Notes: generated by a model not told the origin, from the sequence alone. 64,000 bases of DNA from an uncultured Verrucomicrobiae bacterium (GCA_963735805.1 CAVTMK010000001.1:256001-320000), one strand, 5' to 3'; counted from the first letter of the stretch, positions 19,483-30,930 are shown. Numbers and translations: made by a program.

Positions 19483-20253
19483 ATGGCAACTCTGGAAAAT
19501 AGGACAAGCCTGGGAGAGCGACTGATCCAGCAGGCGCTGCGCGTCCTGATTGTCGATGACGAACGAATCGCGCGACAGCGCCTACGGTGGCTGCTGGAGA
19601 AAGAACAAAACGTTGAAGTCGCAGGCGAATGCAGCGACGGCGGGTCGGTCCTGAGCGCCGTGCAAGAACATCGGCCCGATCTCGTGCTGCTCGACATTAA
19701 GATGCCGGACATGAATGGCTTCGACGTCATTCATGCGCTCGAACCATGCGACCGACCAGCAATTGTCTTTGTCACTGCTTTCGACAAGCACGCCGTTCAC
19801 GCTTTTGAAACATGTGCGCTCGACTATCTGCTCAAGCCGGTCGCCGCCCCGCGCTTGGAAAAGACCCTTATGCGGGTCCGGGACTATTTGCGCTCAACCG
19901 GATCGACGCCGTCACCACTTACACTTAGCGCAAACCGTCGCTTCAGCGTTCGCTGTGGATACCGCACCACATTTATCACGCCTGAGCAGATCGACTGGAT
20001 CGAGGCCAGTGGCAATTACGCAATTCTTCACGTGAACGCGCAAAACCACTTGCTTCGCGAAACAATGGCCCGTCTCGAATCCCTGCTACCGTCCGGCGGC
20101 TTCATGCGCGTTAGCCGCTCCGCCATCGTCCGTCTCAGTCGCGTTAAAGAAATTCAAACTACGCCCACAGGCCATCACTTCGCCGTATTGCGTAGCGGCA
20201 TGCACGTGTGCGTGACCAAGAGCATTCGCGAAGTCGCCGCCCGCCTGCACTGA
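19483..20253 (+). CDS. LytTR-family response regulator
   Basis: REC domain (IVDDE, LLDIKMP, DYLLKP) plus LytTR domain (IDWIEASGNY, FMRVSRSAIV). Confidence 0.94.
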   Translation: MATLENRTSLGERLIQQALRVLIVDDERIARQRLRWLLEKEQNVEVAGECSDGGSVLSAVQEHRPDLVLLDIKMPDMNGFDVIHALEPCDRPAIVFVTAFDKHAVHAFETCALDYLLKPVAAPRLEKTLMRVRDYLRSTGSTPSPLTLSANRRFSVRCGYRTTFITPEQIDWIEASGNYAILHVNAQNHLLRETMARLESLLPSGGFMRVSRSAIVRLSRVKEIQTTPTGHHFAVLRSGMHVCVTKSIREVAARLH

Positions 20254-20427
20254 CAATCTTGCTGCCGCGAACGCGACGGGCAAGAGCAAGACATGATCGT
20301 AAGGACGCAGACGAGTGCGTTGCGGTGCATCACGCGGACATTAAGCGAAGCAAACATCGCCGGCTAAGCGCTGGCCTGGCTGGCTACAGATGCTCTGCGC
20401 CATCCGTGCTTCGCATCCCGATCTACG

Positions 20428-20958
20428 TTAGCTGCGATTCAACGCCTTCGACTTTGGATGTTTATATGAAAGCCACAGAAACACGAATCCGACGACCGGA
20501 ATAAGAATATCGCTGGGAAGAACCAATCCGACGTTCCCTGGAGAAAAATTGTGTGCCGCGATCATCTGATAGATATGACCTCCAGCTGCGCCCAATGAGA
20601 AAGCAGCGGGCGGAATAAAGGCAGCTACTCGAAACGGCAAGCTTGCCTTGTACGCGAGGACTCCTGCTATGCCGACGCCGAGACTTGCAAATCCCACTTC
20701 AGCTTGAAATGGACTGTTTTCCCAGCCGATAAACTTTGCTGCCGTATCACCGAAGAAAACATGGAAAACGAAGTTGATCAGATTACTTATGCCTACGGGG
20801 AAAAGCATGTAGTAAGACAGGAGTGCTTCGGCAACGGTATTAATTTTCAGCGGCTTGGGTTTCCTTAGAAGCGATGTCCAGGCCGCAACCAACCCGATGA
20901 TAAGAAGGGTGAAGAAATAATTGCCGACTAGAAGAAACAAGAAGGAGTGCATTTTCAC
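20428..20958 (-). CDS. Membrane protein, DUF6790-like
   Basis: Several TM segments; AKFIGWENSPFQAEVGFA, AHNFSPGN. Confidence 0.75.
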   Translation of the reverse strand: MKMHSFLFLLVGNYFFTLLIIGLVAAWTSLLRKPKPLKINTVAEALLSYYMLFPVGISNLINFVFHVFFGDTAAKFIGWENSPFQAEVGFASLGVGIAGVLAYKASLPFRVAAFIPPAAFSLGAAGGHIYQMIAAHNFSPGNVGLVLPSDILIPVVGFVFLWLSYKHPKSKALNRS

Positions 20959-21102
20959 ACCATCCGTATCAGCTCAGCGTATTTGTCTTTGGACGCGTTT
21001 GTGAAGTGCATTCGTGATTCCGCTCGTGCCACCGCGTTTCCGTGATGTCTAACCATCAAAACCTGGCAGCAGTGCTCAGCGCTCGCACCGGTAATGAGAA
21101 GA

Positions 21103-22632
21103 TTATGACGGGTGAAATTCCTCGCCGCGTTCCAGCGCCAGTTCAGCTTTGAGATTCTCTGCGTCGCGACCAACGCTTGCAACAGCGGTGAGTTTCCCGC
21201 CGTCGCGGAAAATCACGGAGGCGTCTTTAGCTTTCAAATTGCCAGAGACGCTCACCTGATCGGCTCCGCTGCCATGGCCAACGTAATGAATGTGCAGATC
21301 AAAGTGATTGCTCCAGAAAAATGGCGGAACAACGAACGGCTCGCCTGCGCCGAGAATATTTCGCGCGGCGGTCTGCCCTTGCCGCTCTGCCACAACCCAA
21401 TGCTCGACTCGAATACGGCCCGCGCACGGATCGGGCCAGCGCGCAATATCACCCGCGGCAAAAATTCCCGACACGTTCGTTTCCAAAAATTCGTTGACTA
21501 ACAGGCCGTTGTCGGTCGCGATGCCTGCTTTTTCAGCAAGGGCTGTGTTCGGACGCACACCGATTCCTATGACCACCAGGTCACAATCTAAAACCGTTCC
21601 GTCATCGAGCCGCACGTTTCGATCTTGGATGGCTGCAGGTGTTCGCCCCAGATGAAATTTCACACCGTGCGCCTTGTGAGTTTCGTGTATCGCGTTGCCC
21701 AGTTCGGTTCCGAGAATCTTTTCTAGCGGCAGCGATCCCTTTCCGACCACTGCAACTTCCAGCTTGCGCTCGCGCAGCGATGCCGCCACTTCCAGACCGA
21801 TGAAACTCGAGCCGATCACGACCGCTCGCTTCGCGTGTTTCGCTTTCTCAATGATGCGTCGGCTGTCAGTGAGAGTCCGCAAATAACAAACGTGCGGAAG
21901 ATCGGTCCCGGGAATCGACAGCTGAACCGGCTCCGCGCCAGTGGCCAGCAGCAGCGCGTCATAACCTAACGCGCGGCCATCCGACAACATCACCTGCTTA
22001 GCCTTCGGGCTGATCGCGGTAACAGATGTGCTTGTCATAGTGTCAATCTTCCGTTCGTGATAAAAATCCGCAGAGCGCAACGGAATCCATTCTTCGGGTG
22101 CAGCCCCAGCAAGATAGTCTTTCGAAAGATTTGGCCTATCGTATGGCAAAAATTCATCCGCGCTGATCAACGTGACGACGCCGTCGTAACCTTCACGCCG
22201 CAGTGTTTCCGCCGCGGCATTGCCAGCTGCCCCTCCACCAATGATTACGACGCTTTCTGGGGATGACTTTGGCTTGCGCGCCGGTCTGCTGGTAACCTTT
22301 CCTGTGACAAAAAACTTATCACCGCGTCTGTCGATCCTGTAGCAAGCGACGTCAGTTAACGCCGGCGCAGCAATCGCTTCACCTGTGCGTAAATCGAAGC
22401 GCGCGTGGTGCCACGGACACCGCACGGTGCAATTCACCATTAAACCTTCTGCTAGCGGTCCACCGTAATGCGTGCATGTCGCGCCGATCGCGAAAAGCTG
22501 AGACCCTTCTTTTCCTACAAGAATTGCTTCGTTAAATGCGTGCCCCAAAAGCATTCCTCCATCAGGCACCTCGCTGAGATCGCAGCCTTTTTCGAAATTC
22601 GGGCCTTTCAGATCTCGCGGTGCCTCAGCCAT
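21103..22632 (-). CDS. Rieske domain plus FAD/NAD-dependent ferredoxin reductase (AIF-like)
   Basis: CTHYG and CPWHH Rieske ligands; GGGAAG, YDRPNLSK, GSSFIG, AAGD, PFFWS. Confidence 0.93.
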   Translation of the reverse strand: MAEAPRDLKGPNFEKGCDLSEVPDGGMLLGHAFNEAILVGKEGSQLFAIGATCTHYGGPLAEGLMVNCTVRCPWHHARFDLRTGEAIAAPALTDVACYRIDRRGDKFFVTGKVTSRPARKPKSSPESVVIIGGGAAGNAAAETLRREGYDGVVTLISADEFLPYDRPNLSKDYLAGAAPEEWIPLRSADFYHERKIDTMTSTSVTAISPKAKQVMLSDGRALGYDALLLATGAEPVQLSIPGTDLPHVCYLRTLTDSRRIIEKAKHAKRAVVIGSSFIGLEVAASLRERKLEVAVVGKGSLPLEKILGTELGNAIHETHKAHGVKFHLGRTPAAIQDRNVRLDDGTVLDCDLVVIGIGVRPNTALAEKAGIATDNGLLVNEFLETNVSGIFAAGDIARWPDPCAGRIRVEHWVVAERQGQTAARNILGAGEPFVVPPFFWSNHFDLHIHYVGHGSGADQVSVSGNLKAKDASVIFRDGGKLTAVASVGRDAENLKAELALERGEEFHPS

Positions 22633-22789
22633 AAGCTTCCTGCTTTAAATTAGAATCGGGCAGGCACAACGCAACGCGCGTTCAGATCTATTCATATTCG
22701 AAAACTACATCCGCACGAGGTTTGGCCTACGCGTGCTCGTCACGTTACCGACCAGAAGATTTTCCTGATAAGACTGGGTTGAGGACACG

Positions 22790-23617
22790 TTAGCGATTAT
22801 TGCTCGCCTCTAAAGATTGCGCCGACTCGCTTTTGCTTCCTGAAAGCAAATCGACACGAATGAGCGGATCATTCGGCAACAGAGTTGGGCCTTCCCAGCG
22901 AAGGAAGCCAGCAGGCGCAGGATTTGTCAGCCAAATTTTCGTATCGGGCACAGTGATAAACAATTTTGCGATCGCGGGAACTTCCGGATGAACAATGAAT
23001 CGATCACCTTTCAGCGAACGCCCGGACATTTTCAGTCGGTCAAGCCCACTGTACGATACTTTCACCGATACAATCTGGGGTTGGAGCGTTGGAAACGGCG
23101 AAAAACCAACTGCCTTCAGGTCAATTTGTTCGCCACGAAGGAGCCGCTTGCGCAGATTACTCAACGCGATCGTAAAACCGAACCTGGCAAACGTCCGCCC
23201 CGGGTCGATGTTGATCTTTTTGGATGCGTCCTTGTTGTCCTTGCGGATGTGCGCACTAGCAATTCCCGAGAGAAAATCCGCAGCGAATTCGCGTTGCGAC
23301 TTTCCATCTTTAAGTTCCTTCCAGGACCATTGTTCCTGAATCAGTTGCCGGTCTTGCCGAAAGCGCGCCTTTTCTTCACGCAACTCGCCGTCGGGGAACT
23401 TGTAGGTGATGACCACGTAAAGGTAATGATTTTCTACCCATTGCCTGAACTCTCCATCGGCAAGTTTCTTTCCGTTAATATCGCACAGTCCCGGATAACC
23501 ATGTGCGGCGCCCGCGGGCTCAGTTACTTCAAGTGCAAATATTGGTCCGGTGAAAAACCAGGCAGCAAGGATCGATAGGAGGCGCCTCCAATTTTTCTTC
23601 GCCCACATGTGTATCAT
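22790..23617 (-). CDS. Secreted hypothetical protein
   Basis: Long ORF with signal peptide and beta-rich body; start uncertain. Confidence 0.7.
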   Translation of the reverse strand: MIHMWAKKNWRRLLSILAAWFFTGPIFALEVTEPAGAAHGYPGLCDINGKKLADGEFRQWVENHYLYVVITYKFPDGELREEKARFRQDRQLIQEQWSWKELKDGKSQREFAADFLSGIASAHIRKDNKDASKKINIDPGRTFARFGFTIALSNLRKRLLRGEQIDLKAVGFSPFPTLQPQIVSVKVSYSGLDRLKMSGRSLKGDRFIVHPEVPAIAKLFITVPDTKIWLTNPAPAGFLRWEGPTLLPNDPLIRVDLLSGSKSESAQSLEASNNR

Positions 23618-23786
23618 GGGAACGCGAAGCAGGATAAACACGGTCGCCCCCGGTCGACGCGACTATTGTGAGATTTGGTAACATAAAAGTTACTTTTGCA
23701 CTTCCTCCGAGGTGAAATGCGCTTTGCCGCCGGGGCGTTGACACAAAGCAGTCGGCTGATCAACCTATTTGACCGATAATTATTGA

Positions 23787-23814
23787 TCGACATTAACCAG
23801 ATCGATCTTATACT
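23787..23814 (+). promoter_or_regulatory. Sigma70-like promoter of the trp leader
   Basis: TCGACA-N16-TATACT, 8 nt before ATG 23823. Confidence 0.5.
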
Positions 23815-23822
23815 TTTTGGTA

Positions 23823-23906
23823 ATGAGCGCTGGAACTCATTCTCCTACGCAGCCGGAAAATAGCGGGCTGCCCGTCTTTTTGTCAGCGCTCGTTTGGTGG
23901 CGATAG
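23823..23906 (+). CDS. trpL: trp operon leader peptide (27 aa, ends WWR)
   Basis: MSAGTHSPTQPENSGLPVFLSALVWWR*, tandem TGG TGG at 23895-23900, just upstream of aroF-trp; absent from the ORF track. Confidence 0.8.
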   Translation: MSAGTHSPTQPENSGLPVFLSALVWWR

Positions 23907-24008
23907 AAAGCGACCGTTTCTCAACGGGACGCTGAATTTCTCTCTTTCTCTCAAGCGAGAGATCTGGCGTTTGCACCAATGAAATAACCCAAACCTCTTT
24001 GTAAACCC

Positions 24009-25052
24009 ATGTTGATCGTAATGAAACCCAGCGCTTCTGCGCAGGACGTCGAAGCAATTGTAAACGTGATCCAGAAAATTGGGCTGCGGCCGCATCCGAT
24101 GCCCGGCGCGACGCGAACGGCCATTGGCATCACCGGTAACCAAGGTGCTATCGACGGCCGGCGTTTTGAAAACCTTCCGGGCGTCGCGGACGTCATCCGA
24201 GTCACCAAGCCGTACAAATTGATTACGCTTGATCTGCGTCCGGAAAAAACAGTCGTGCAAATTGGGGATGCCACCATCGGAGGCAGTGAGCTCGCGATCA
24301 TCGCAGGTCCGTGCGCGATCGAGAGCCGCGATCAGGCAGTCGCCGTAGCACAAGCAGTTCAGCGAAGCGGTGCACGCTTTTTTCGGGGCGGCATCTGGAA
24401 ACCCCGTACGTCCCCCTACGCATTTCAAGGTCTGGGCGAGAAAGGGTTGGAAATCATCACCGAGATCCGCAAGGCGTTTGGGCTAAAGATCGTTACCGAA
24501 GCGCTCGAAGAACCTCACATCGATCTAATCGAACAGTACGGCGACATGATTCAAATCGGCGCTCGTAACATGCAAAACTTTTCGCTCCTCAGGCGAGCTG
24601 GCCGATCGCGACTGCCGGTCCTGTTGAAGCGTGGGATGGCTGCCACTCTAGAAGAATGGTTGCTCGCGGCGGAATACATCATGGGAGAGGGCAATTACAA
24701 CGTAATCTTGTGCGAGCGCGGCGTTCGCACTTTCACTCAGCATACACGCAACACGCTGGATCTGGCTTCTGTGCCGGCGATCCGGCGGATTTCTCATTTG
24801 CCGATGATCGTGGATCCATCCCACGGCACTGGCACCGCGCACATGGTTACTCCCCTCGCCCGGGCTGGCGTCGCCGTGGGAGCCGATGGGCTCATGGTGG
24901 AGGTGCACGATCACCCGGAACTCGCCCTTTCCGACGGCGCGCAAGCGTTGACGCCATCAGAGTATGCGCAACTGGTCAGCGAGGTCCACGCGATACACGA
25001 GGTCACCGCTCCGATTGCAAACCAGAGTCGAATAGAAACGAAAGTCGCCTAA
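24009..25052 (+). CDS. aroF: DAHP synthase (type I-beta, N-terminal regulatory domain)
   Basis: [34 protein letters not shown]. Confidence 0.95.
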   Translation: MLIVMKPSASAQDVEAIVNVIQKIGLRPHPMPGATRTAIGITGNQGAIDGRRFENLPGVADVIRVTKPYKLITLDLRPEKTVVQIGDATIGGSELAIIAGPCAIESRDQAVAVAQAVQRSGARFFRGGIWKPRTSPYAFQGLGEKGLEIITEIRKAFGLKIVTEALEEPHIDLIEQYGDMIQIGARNMQNFSLLRRAGRSRLPVLLKRGMAATLEEWLLAAEYIMGEGNYNVILCERGVRTFTQHTRNTLDLASVPAIRRISHLPMIVDPSHGTGTAHMVTPLARAGVAVGADGLMVEVHDHPELALSDGAQALTPSEYAQLVSEVHAIHEVTAPIANQSRIETKVA

Positions 25053-25065
25053 CGAGTCAAAGCCG

Positions 25066-25641
25066 ATGCTCCTCTTGATCGATAACTACGATTCTTTCAC
25101 TTACAACCTTGTGCAGTACTTTGGTGAGCTCGGATGCGAGCTGGTTGTTAAGCGAAATGACGAAATCTCGCTTGATGAAATCGCTGCATTTGCGCCCGAG
25201 CAAATCTGCATCTCGCCGGGGCCTTGCACGCCGCGCGAAGCGGGAATCAGCAAAGACCTCGTCCTACGCTTTGGGACGAAGATTCCAATCCTCGGCGTTT
25301 GTCTTGGGCACCAGTGCATCGCCGAAGCGTATGGAGGAAAAATCGTGCGCGCTTCCAGGCTTGTACACGGCAAGTCATCCACGATAAGACACAACGGGAA
25401 CGGACTTTTTACCGATTTGCCAAGGCCGTTTGAAGCCGGTCGATACCACTCGCTGATCGTCGAGCGGAGTTCTCTCCCAGGGTGCCTTGAGATCATCGCG
25501 GAAAGCGAAGAGGGCGAGATCATGGCGTTGCATCATCGCGAGTTCCCCGTGCATGGGATGCAATTTCACCCGGAATCCGTTCTCACGCGCGATGGTAAAC
25601 AAATTCTCGCGCGCTTTCTATCGCATCCACGAAACCGATGA
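25066..25641 (+). CDS. trpG: Anthranilate synthase component II (glutamine amidotransferase)
   Basis: IDNYDSFTYN, SPGP, GVCLGHQ, RYHS, QFHPES. Confidence 0.95.
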   Translation: MLLLIDNYDSFTYNLVQYFGELGCELVVKRNDEISLDEIAAFAPEQICISPGPCTPREAGISKDLVLRFGTKIPILGVCLGHQCIAEAYGGKIVRASRLVHGKSSTIRHNGNGLFTDLPRPFEAGRYHSLIVERSSLPGCLEIIAESEEGEIMALHHREFPVHGMQFHPESVLTRDGKQILARFLSHPRNR

Positions 25642-27129
25642 AAGCGCAGCTTACACCCACTGTGGAAGAGTTCTCCGAGATTGCGCGACGCGGCAACGTC
25701 GTCCCGATTTTCGCCGAGTTTATCGCGGACAACGAAACGCCCGTTTCGGCATTCAAGAAGTTGGACGCGTCTCGGACCGACTACAGTTTCCTCTTCGAAT
25801 CGACTGAGAAAAACGATGTGTCGGGACGCTTCTCCTTCGTCGGAATCAACCCGCGGATCGTGATGAAAAACTACGGGCGCGAGCTGCAAATCGTCGAGTT
25901 AGGAATCGAGCGACGGGTCGCAGCGACAGACAACCCGTTAGATCAGCTCCGGAGATTGATGGCGCGGTATCAGTTTGTCTCGCGTCCAGAACTGCCGCGA
26001 TTCAGCGGAGGCGCTGTCGGTTTTCTCGGCTACGAAGCAATTCACTTCTTCGAACCCAAAGTGCCAGTCGCTTCCCGGGACGAACTGCAATTACCAGAAG
26101 CCGTTTTCATCATTCCAAGCAATCTGCTCATCTTCGACCATCGGCTACGCACGTTGAAAATCGTTGCTAACGCGTTCCTTGAAGATGGCTCACCGGAAAA
26201 CGTCTACGCGCGAGCGGTTGATTCGATCGACGCTATCGCACGCACACTTACAAAATCGGTTGAACTTTCGATGCTTCCAACTGCCGACTTGGTCCCAGAG
26301 GCGGCTCACAGCAATATTCACCCGAACGAGTTCATCCATGCGGTGGAACGAGCCAAGGATTACATCCGCGCGGGTGATATCTTCCAGGTCGTGTTGTCGC
26401 AGCGATTCGAATCCGATTTCAGCGGTGATCCGCTCGATTTCTATCGATGCCTTCGTTTCGTCAATCCTTCGCCTTACATGTTTTGTCTTAAGTTCGGAAC
26501 GGATTTTGCGTTTGTTGGAAGTTCGCCGGAAATGCATGTCCGGCTAACCGGCGACGCGGTCGAGATTCGCCCGCTTGCTGGCACGCGCCCGCGTGGGGCT
26601 ACCTCCGCGCAGGACGAGGAGAATGCGGCCGACCTTCTCGCCGATCCCAAGGAACGCGCCGAGCACATCATGCTGGTCGATCTCGCGCGCAACGACATCG
26701 GTACGGGTCTCGGAGTTCGGCACGGTGCGCGTGACCGAATTGATGGGAATCGAGCGTTACAGCCACGTCATGCATATTGTTTCGAACGTCACTGGTCGCC
26801 TGCACAAGCGTTGCACTGGCTTCGAGCTGATCAAAGCGACGTTTCCAGCGGGCACCGTTTCCGGAGCGCCGAAAATTCGCGCCATGCAAATTATCAGCGA
26901 ACTGGAAAAGACCAGACGCGGCTGTTACGCGGGCGCGGTCGGCTACTTCGGATTCGATGGCAATGTTGATTCCTGCATCGGGTTGCGCTGCGCGGTTTTA
27001 AAAAATGGGAAGGCATATTTTCAAACCGGCGCGGGCATCGTCGCCGACTCAAATCCACATTCGGAATACGAGGAAACCGTTAATAAAGCGCGTGCGATGG
27101 CAAAAGCACTCTCAATGGTAAAACAGATC
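25638..27129 (+). CDS. trpE: Anthranilate synthase component I; N-terminal part of an apparent TrpE-TrpD fusion; +1 insertion at ~26703
   Basis: LFES, GDIFQVVLSQ, NPSPY, EHIMLVDLARND; continues in the next frame with YSHVMH, GTVSGAPK, GAGIVADS. Confidence 0.92.
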
Positions 27130-27180
27130 AGGCCACCGGCGACCGCACGCAATTGCAATGGGACTGGCATTGGCGATTTC

Positions 27181-28213
27181 GAACTGTGTGAAATAACGCA
27201 ACGCCTGATGCGGGGCGAAAATCTCAGCCATACTGAGGCCGGAAATTTTTTAGGGTGTCTGCTTAATCCCGTAGCTACCGATGCACAAATAGCGGCGGCA
27301 CTTACCAGTCTGACCAAAAAGGGAGAGACCTCCGACGAGCTCGCAGGCATTGCTGAAGCGATGCGGGATCGTGCATTGCCAGTGAGATCGCGTCACTCGC
27401 GTTTTATCGATACAGCCGGTACGGGATCAAGCGCTACAAAAACCTTTAATGTTTCAACAGCAGCAGCATTCGTGATTGCGGGTGCCGGCCTGCCTGTAGC
27501 GAAACACGGCTCTCGGGCTGCAACATCTCGTTGCGGCAGCGCCGACGTCCTTCAGGCGTTGGGCGTCAAGACAGACGCTTCACCGGCGACCGTAGAGCGC
27601 TGCCTTAACGAACACGAAATCTGTTTCATGTTTGCGCCGCTTTTTCACAGCGCTGCGGCCCGTGTTGCGCAGGTGCGGCGCGAGCTCGGAGTGCACACGG
27701 TATTCAACTTGCTCGGTCCCCTAACAAATCCCGCGCGGGCGCCGTTCCAGATCCTGGGCGTCTGGCAACGTTCATTACTTGAACGCGTCGCGTCAGCACT
27801 TGTTCGCCTCGGCGTTAGAAAAGCGTGGATTGTGCATGGCGCCGACGGACTGGATGAAATAACAATTGCGGACAAAACCCACGTCGCCGCCTGTTCGTTC
27901 ACAGGAGAAGTAGAAACGTTTACCGTCTCACCTGAAGACTTTGGCTTGGAACGTCAGGCCTTCGACGGATTTCGTGGAAAGGGCCCCGGAAGGAAACGCA
28001 GAACTGATCCGCGCAGTTTTGCAAGGCGTTAAGACCAGCGCTGTGACTGTAGCGCGCGATCTGGTCATCATTAATGCCGCTGCCGCGCTCCATCTCGCCG
28101 GCGTTGCCCGGGATCTCCATCATGCGGCTGACCTCGCTCGTGAAAGCATCGACAGCGGTCGAGCCGCGTCGAAACTGGATATGCTGATCCGGGAGACAAA
28201 TCGAAGTTCATGA
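27181..28213 (+). CDS. trpD: Anthranilate phosphoribosyltransferase domain, in frame with the TrpE C-terminus; +1 insertion at ~27984-27987
   Basis: DTAGTG, FNVST, KHGSR, GSADVL, GLDE; C-terminal NAAAAL in the shifted frame. Confidence 0.92.
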
Positions 28214-29059
28214 TCGAAAACATTCTCTTCCAAATCCTCGATCGAAAACGAGAAGCAACAGCGCGGCTTCGAGCAGATCCTTCCTCACGAGATTTTCACG
28301 AACGCGCATTGGAAATTCGAAAGAACGCTAAACCGCATCGGTTTCGACGAACGCTGGAGTCGGATTCACCACGATTAAAGATCATCGCCGAGTTCAAACG
28401 CAGATCGCCGTCAGCTGGAATCATCCGAGACGATTTATCAGTCAGCGAGATTGCTCGCTGCTATAATCGCGGTGGCGCCTGTGCGATCTCGATTCTCACC
28501 GACGAACAATATTTTGGCGGTTCGATTGCCGACCTTTGCGCTGCGCGTTCCAGCACGAAGCTGCCTCTTTTGCGCAAGGATTTCATTATCGACCCAATTC
28601 AAATTTTCGAAGCTGCCATCGCGGGAGCCGACGCCGTGTTGTTGATTGTCGCCGCACTGGACGATACTTCGTTAAAACGGCTGCGCTCGCTCGCCGAAGA
28701 TGAATTCGGACTCGATGCGCTCGTCGAAGTGCATGGCTCCGGGGAATTGGAACGAGCGCTGAACGCGGGCGCGAAAATTATCGGAGTAAATAATCGCGAT
28801 CTTAGGCACCTTTCGCGTTTCGTTGAAAACAAGCGAGCGCTTGATCGCCAAAGCTTCACCTGACCGAATCCTAATCAGTGAAAGTGGACTGCAAAGTGCA
28901 GACTCGCTGGTTCACCTTCGTAAACTCGGATTTCGCGGTTTCCTCATTGGCGAAGCGTTGATGCGAGCGGTCAATCCCGAAACTGCTCTTCGCGATTTGG
29001 TTGCTGCTGCCGAAGGTCGGCAACCCACAGGAACTTCAATCGGAGTTTGCCAACCATGA
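28210..29059 (+). CDS. trpC: Indole-3-glycerol phosphate synthase; +1 insertion at ~28807
   Basis: IAEFKRRSPS, LRKDF, LVEVH, GVNNRDL; C-terminal ISESG and LIGEALM in the shifted frame. Confidence 0.93.
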
Positions 29060-29691
29060 CTCCGGTGCAAATCAAGATCTGCGGGGTCACGAATTTGCAA
29101 GACGCTCAGGCGTGCGCACAACTGGGCGCCAACATGATTGGGTTCAACTTCTATCCGCAAAGTCCACGTTACATCGAACCAAAGATCGCCCGGCAAATAA
29201 TCGAAGCAGTACCGACTGAAGTTTGTGCGGTCGCAGTTTTCGTAGATGGCCGCGCCGAAAAGATTCGAAACATTGCCGATGCAGCCGGCGTTCGATGTCT
29301 GCAATTGCACGGGTTTGTGTCGCCCGATACAAGCAGCGAATTGGCGGGTGAATTTCGTGTGATCCGCGCGTTCTCAACGGATTGTCAGTTTCGACCCGAA
29401 GATGTCTCTTTCTTTGGCGAGTGCGACGTTCTGGTTGACGCGCATCATCCCAACCTCCATGGCGGAACTGGTCTGACATGTGATTGGCAAGCCGCACGAA
29501 CAGCCCGTTCCTTAGCGCGGTTTCTCATTCTTTCCGGAGGTTTAACCGAGCAAAACGTTGGTGAGGCCATCGCAACTGTTTCGCCGCACGCTGTTGATGT
29601 TTGCAGCGGGGTTGAGAGCGCACCCCGGGCAAAGGATCACCGCGCGCTTGAAAATTTTATCAGAGCCGTGCGAATGGCGGATTCCTGCTGA
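29056..29691 (+). CDS. trpF: Phosphoribosylanthranilate isomerase
   Basis: KICG, SPRY, QLHG, GGTG, LSGGL, VDVCSGVE; ATGA overlap with trpC. Confidence 0.95.
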   Translation: MTPVQIKICGVTNLQDAQACAQLGANMIGFNFYPQSPRYIEPKIARQIIEAVPTEVCAVAVFVDGRAEKIRNIADAAGVRCLQLHGFVSPDTSSELAGEFRVIRAFSTDCQFRPEDVSFFGECDVLVDAHHPNLHGGTGLTCDWQAARTARSLARFLILSGGLTEQNVGEAIATVSPHAVDVCSGVESAPRAKDHRALENFIRAVRMADSC

Positions 29692-29709
29692 GCGCTTCCT
29701 TTCGTTCGA

Positions 29710-30930
29710 ATGAAACCACGGATTACAAAGAGCGAACCGGACGAGCACGGGCATTGGGGGAAGTTTGGTGGACGATATGTTCCGGAAACATTAGTGGCAC
29801 CACTCGATGAGTTGACGAACGAGTTCATGCTCGCGCGAGAGGATCCGAATTTCCGGGATGAATTTAACCGATTACTGCGAGATTACTGTGGCCGGCCGAC
29901 ACCGCTGTTTCATGCGCGACGACTGACAGCGCACGCCGGAGGTGCGCAAATCTATCTGAAGCGCGAGGACCTTTTGCACACAGGTGCGCATAAGATCAAC
30001 AACGCTGTAGGACAGGCATTGCTCGCGCGCCGAATGGGCAAAAAACGCATTATCGCTGAAACAGGTGCGGGACAGCACGGCGTGGCAACCGCAACGGTTT
30101 GCGCCTTGTTCGGATTGCGTTGCGTCATTTACATGGGTGCGCAAGACATGCAACGACAGGCGCTGAATGTTTTTCGAATGCGTTTGCTCGGTGCCGAAGT
30201 CGTCAGCGTAAACACCGGCACGCGTACGCTGAAGGACGCAATCAACGAAGCGCTGCGCGACTGGGTAACAAACGTGCATGATACTTATTATTTGTTAGGC
30301 AGTGCTCTGGGTCCGCATCCGTATCCATTCATGGTACGCGAATTTCAAAGCGTCATTGGGCGCGAGGCACGCGAACAGATTCTGTCTGCAACGGACAAAT
30401 TGCCTCGCGCTCTGATTGCATGCGTGGGTGGCGGTTCAAACGCAATCGGTTTGTTTTATACTTTTATTGCAGACCGCGAGGTCCGATTAATCGGCGTAGA
30501 AGCGGGAGGACGAGGAGATTCATTGGGTGAGCATGCTGCAAGGTTCCATTGCGGAGGGTTCAGTGGCGGCGGGCAGGTCGGCGTCCTGCAGGGCACGATG
30601 TCGTATGTACTTCAGGATGCGAACGGTCAGATTGCAACGACTCATTCGATCTCAGCCGGTCTCGATTATTCCGCGATTGGCCCTGAGCATGCATATCTCC
30701 ATGACTGCGGACGAGCCGAATACATATGGGCGAGCGACGCTCAAGCACTCGAAGGATTTCGACTTTGCGCCAGGCTGGAAGGAATCATTCCCGCGCTGGA
30801 GACGTCGCACGCCATTCTGCCTGCTATCAGTTTGGCGCGTGACTTGCCGCAAAACGACAGCATCATTGTTAACCTGTCCGGCCGGGGAGATAAGGATGTG
30901 CAGGTCGTTGCAGATCTGCCGTCGCAATGA
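29710..30930 (+). CDS. trpB: Tryptophan synthase beta chain
   Basis: [39 protein letters not shown]. Confidence 0.98.
   Translation: MKPRITKSEPDEHGHWGKFGGRYVPETLVAPLDELTNEFMLAREDPNFRDEFNRLLRDYCGRPTPLFHARRLTAHAGGAQIYLKREDLLHTGAHKINNAVGQALLARRMGKKRIIAETGAGQHGVATATVCALFGLRCVIYMGAQDMQRQALNVFRMRLLGAEVVSVNTGTRTLKDAINEALRDWVTNVHDTYYLLGSALGPHPYPFMVREFQSVIGREAREQILSATDKLPRALIACVGGGSNAIGLFYTFIADREVRLIGVEAGGRGDSLGEHAARFHCGGFSGGGQVGVLQGTMSYVLQDANGQIATTHSISAGLDYSAIGPEHAYLHDCGRAEYIWASDAQALEGFRLCARLEGIIPALETSHAILPAISLARDLPQNDSIIVNLSGRGDKDVQVVADLPSQ

Noticed and set aside
26700..28810. Programmed ribosomal frameshifting in trp genes
   Set aside because: No consistent slippery site or stimulator; independent single-base insertions fit sequencing error better.
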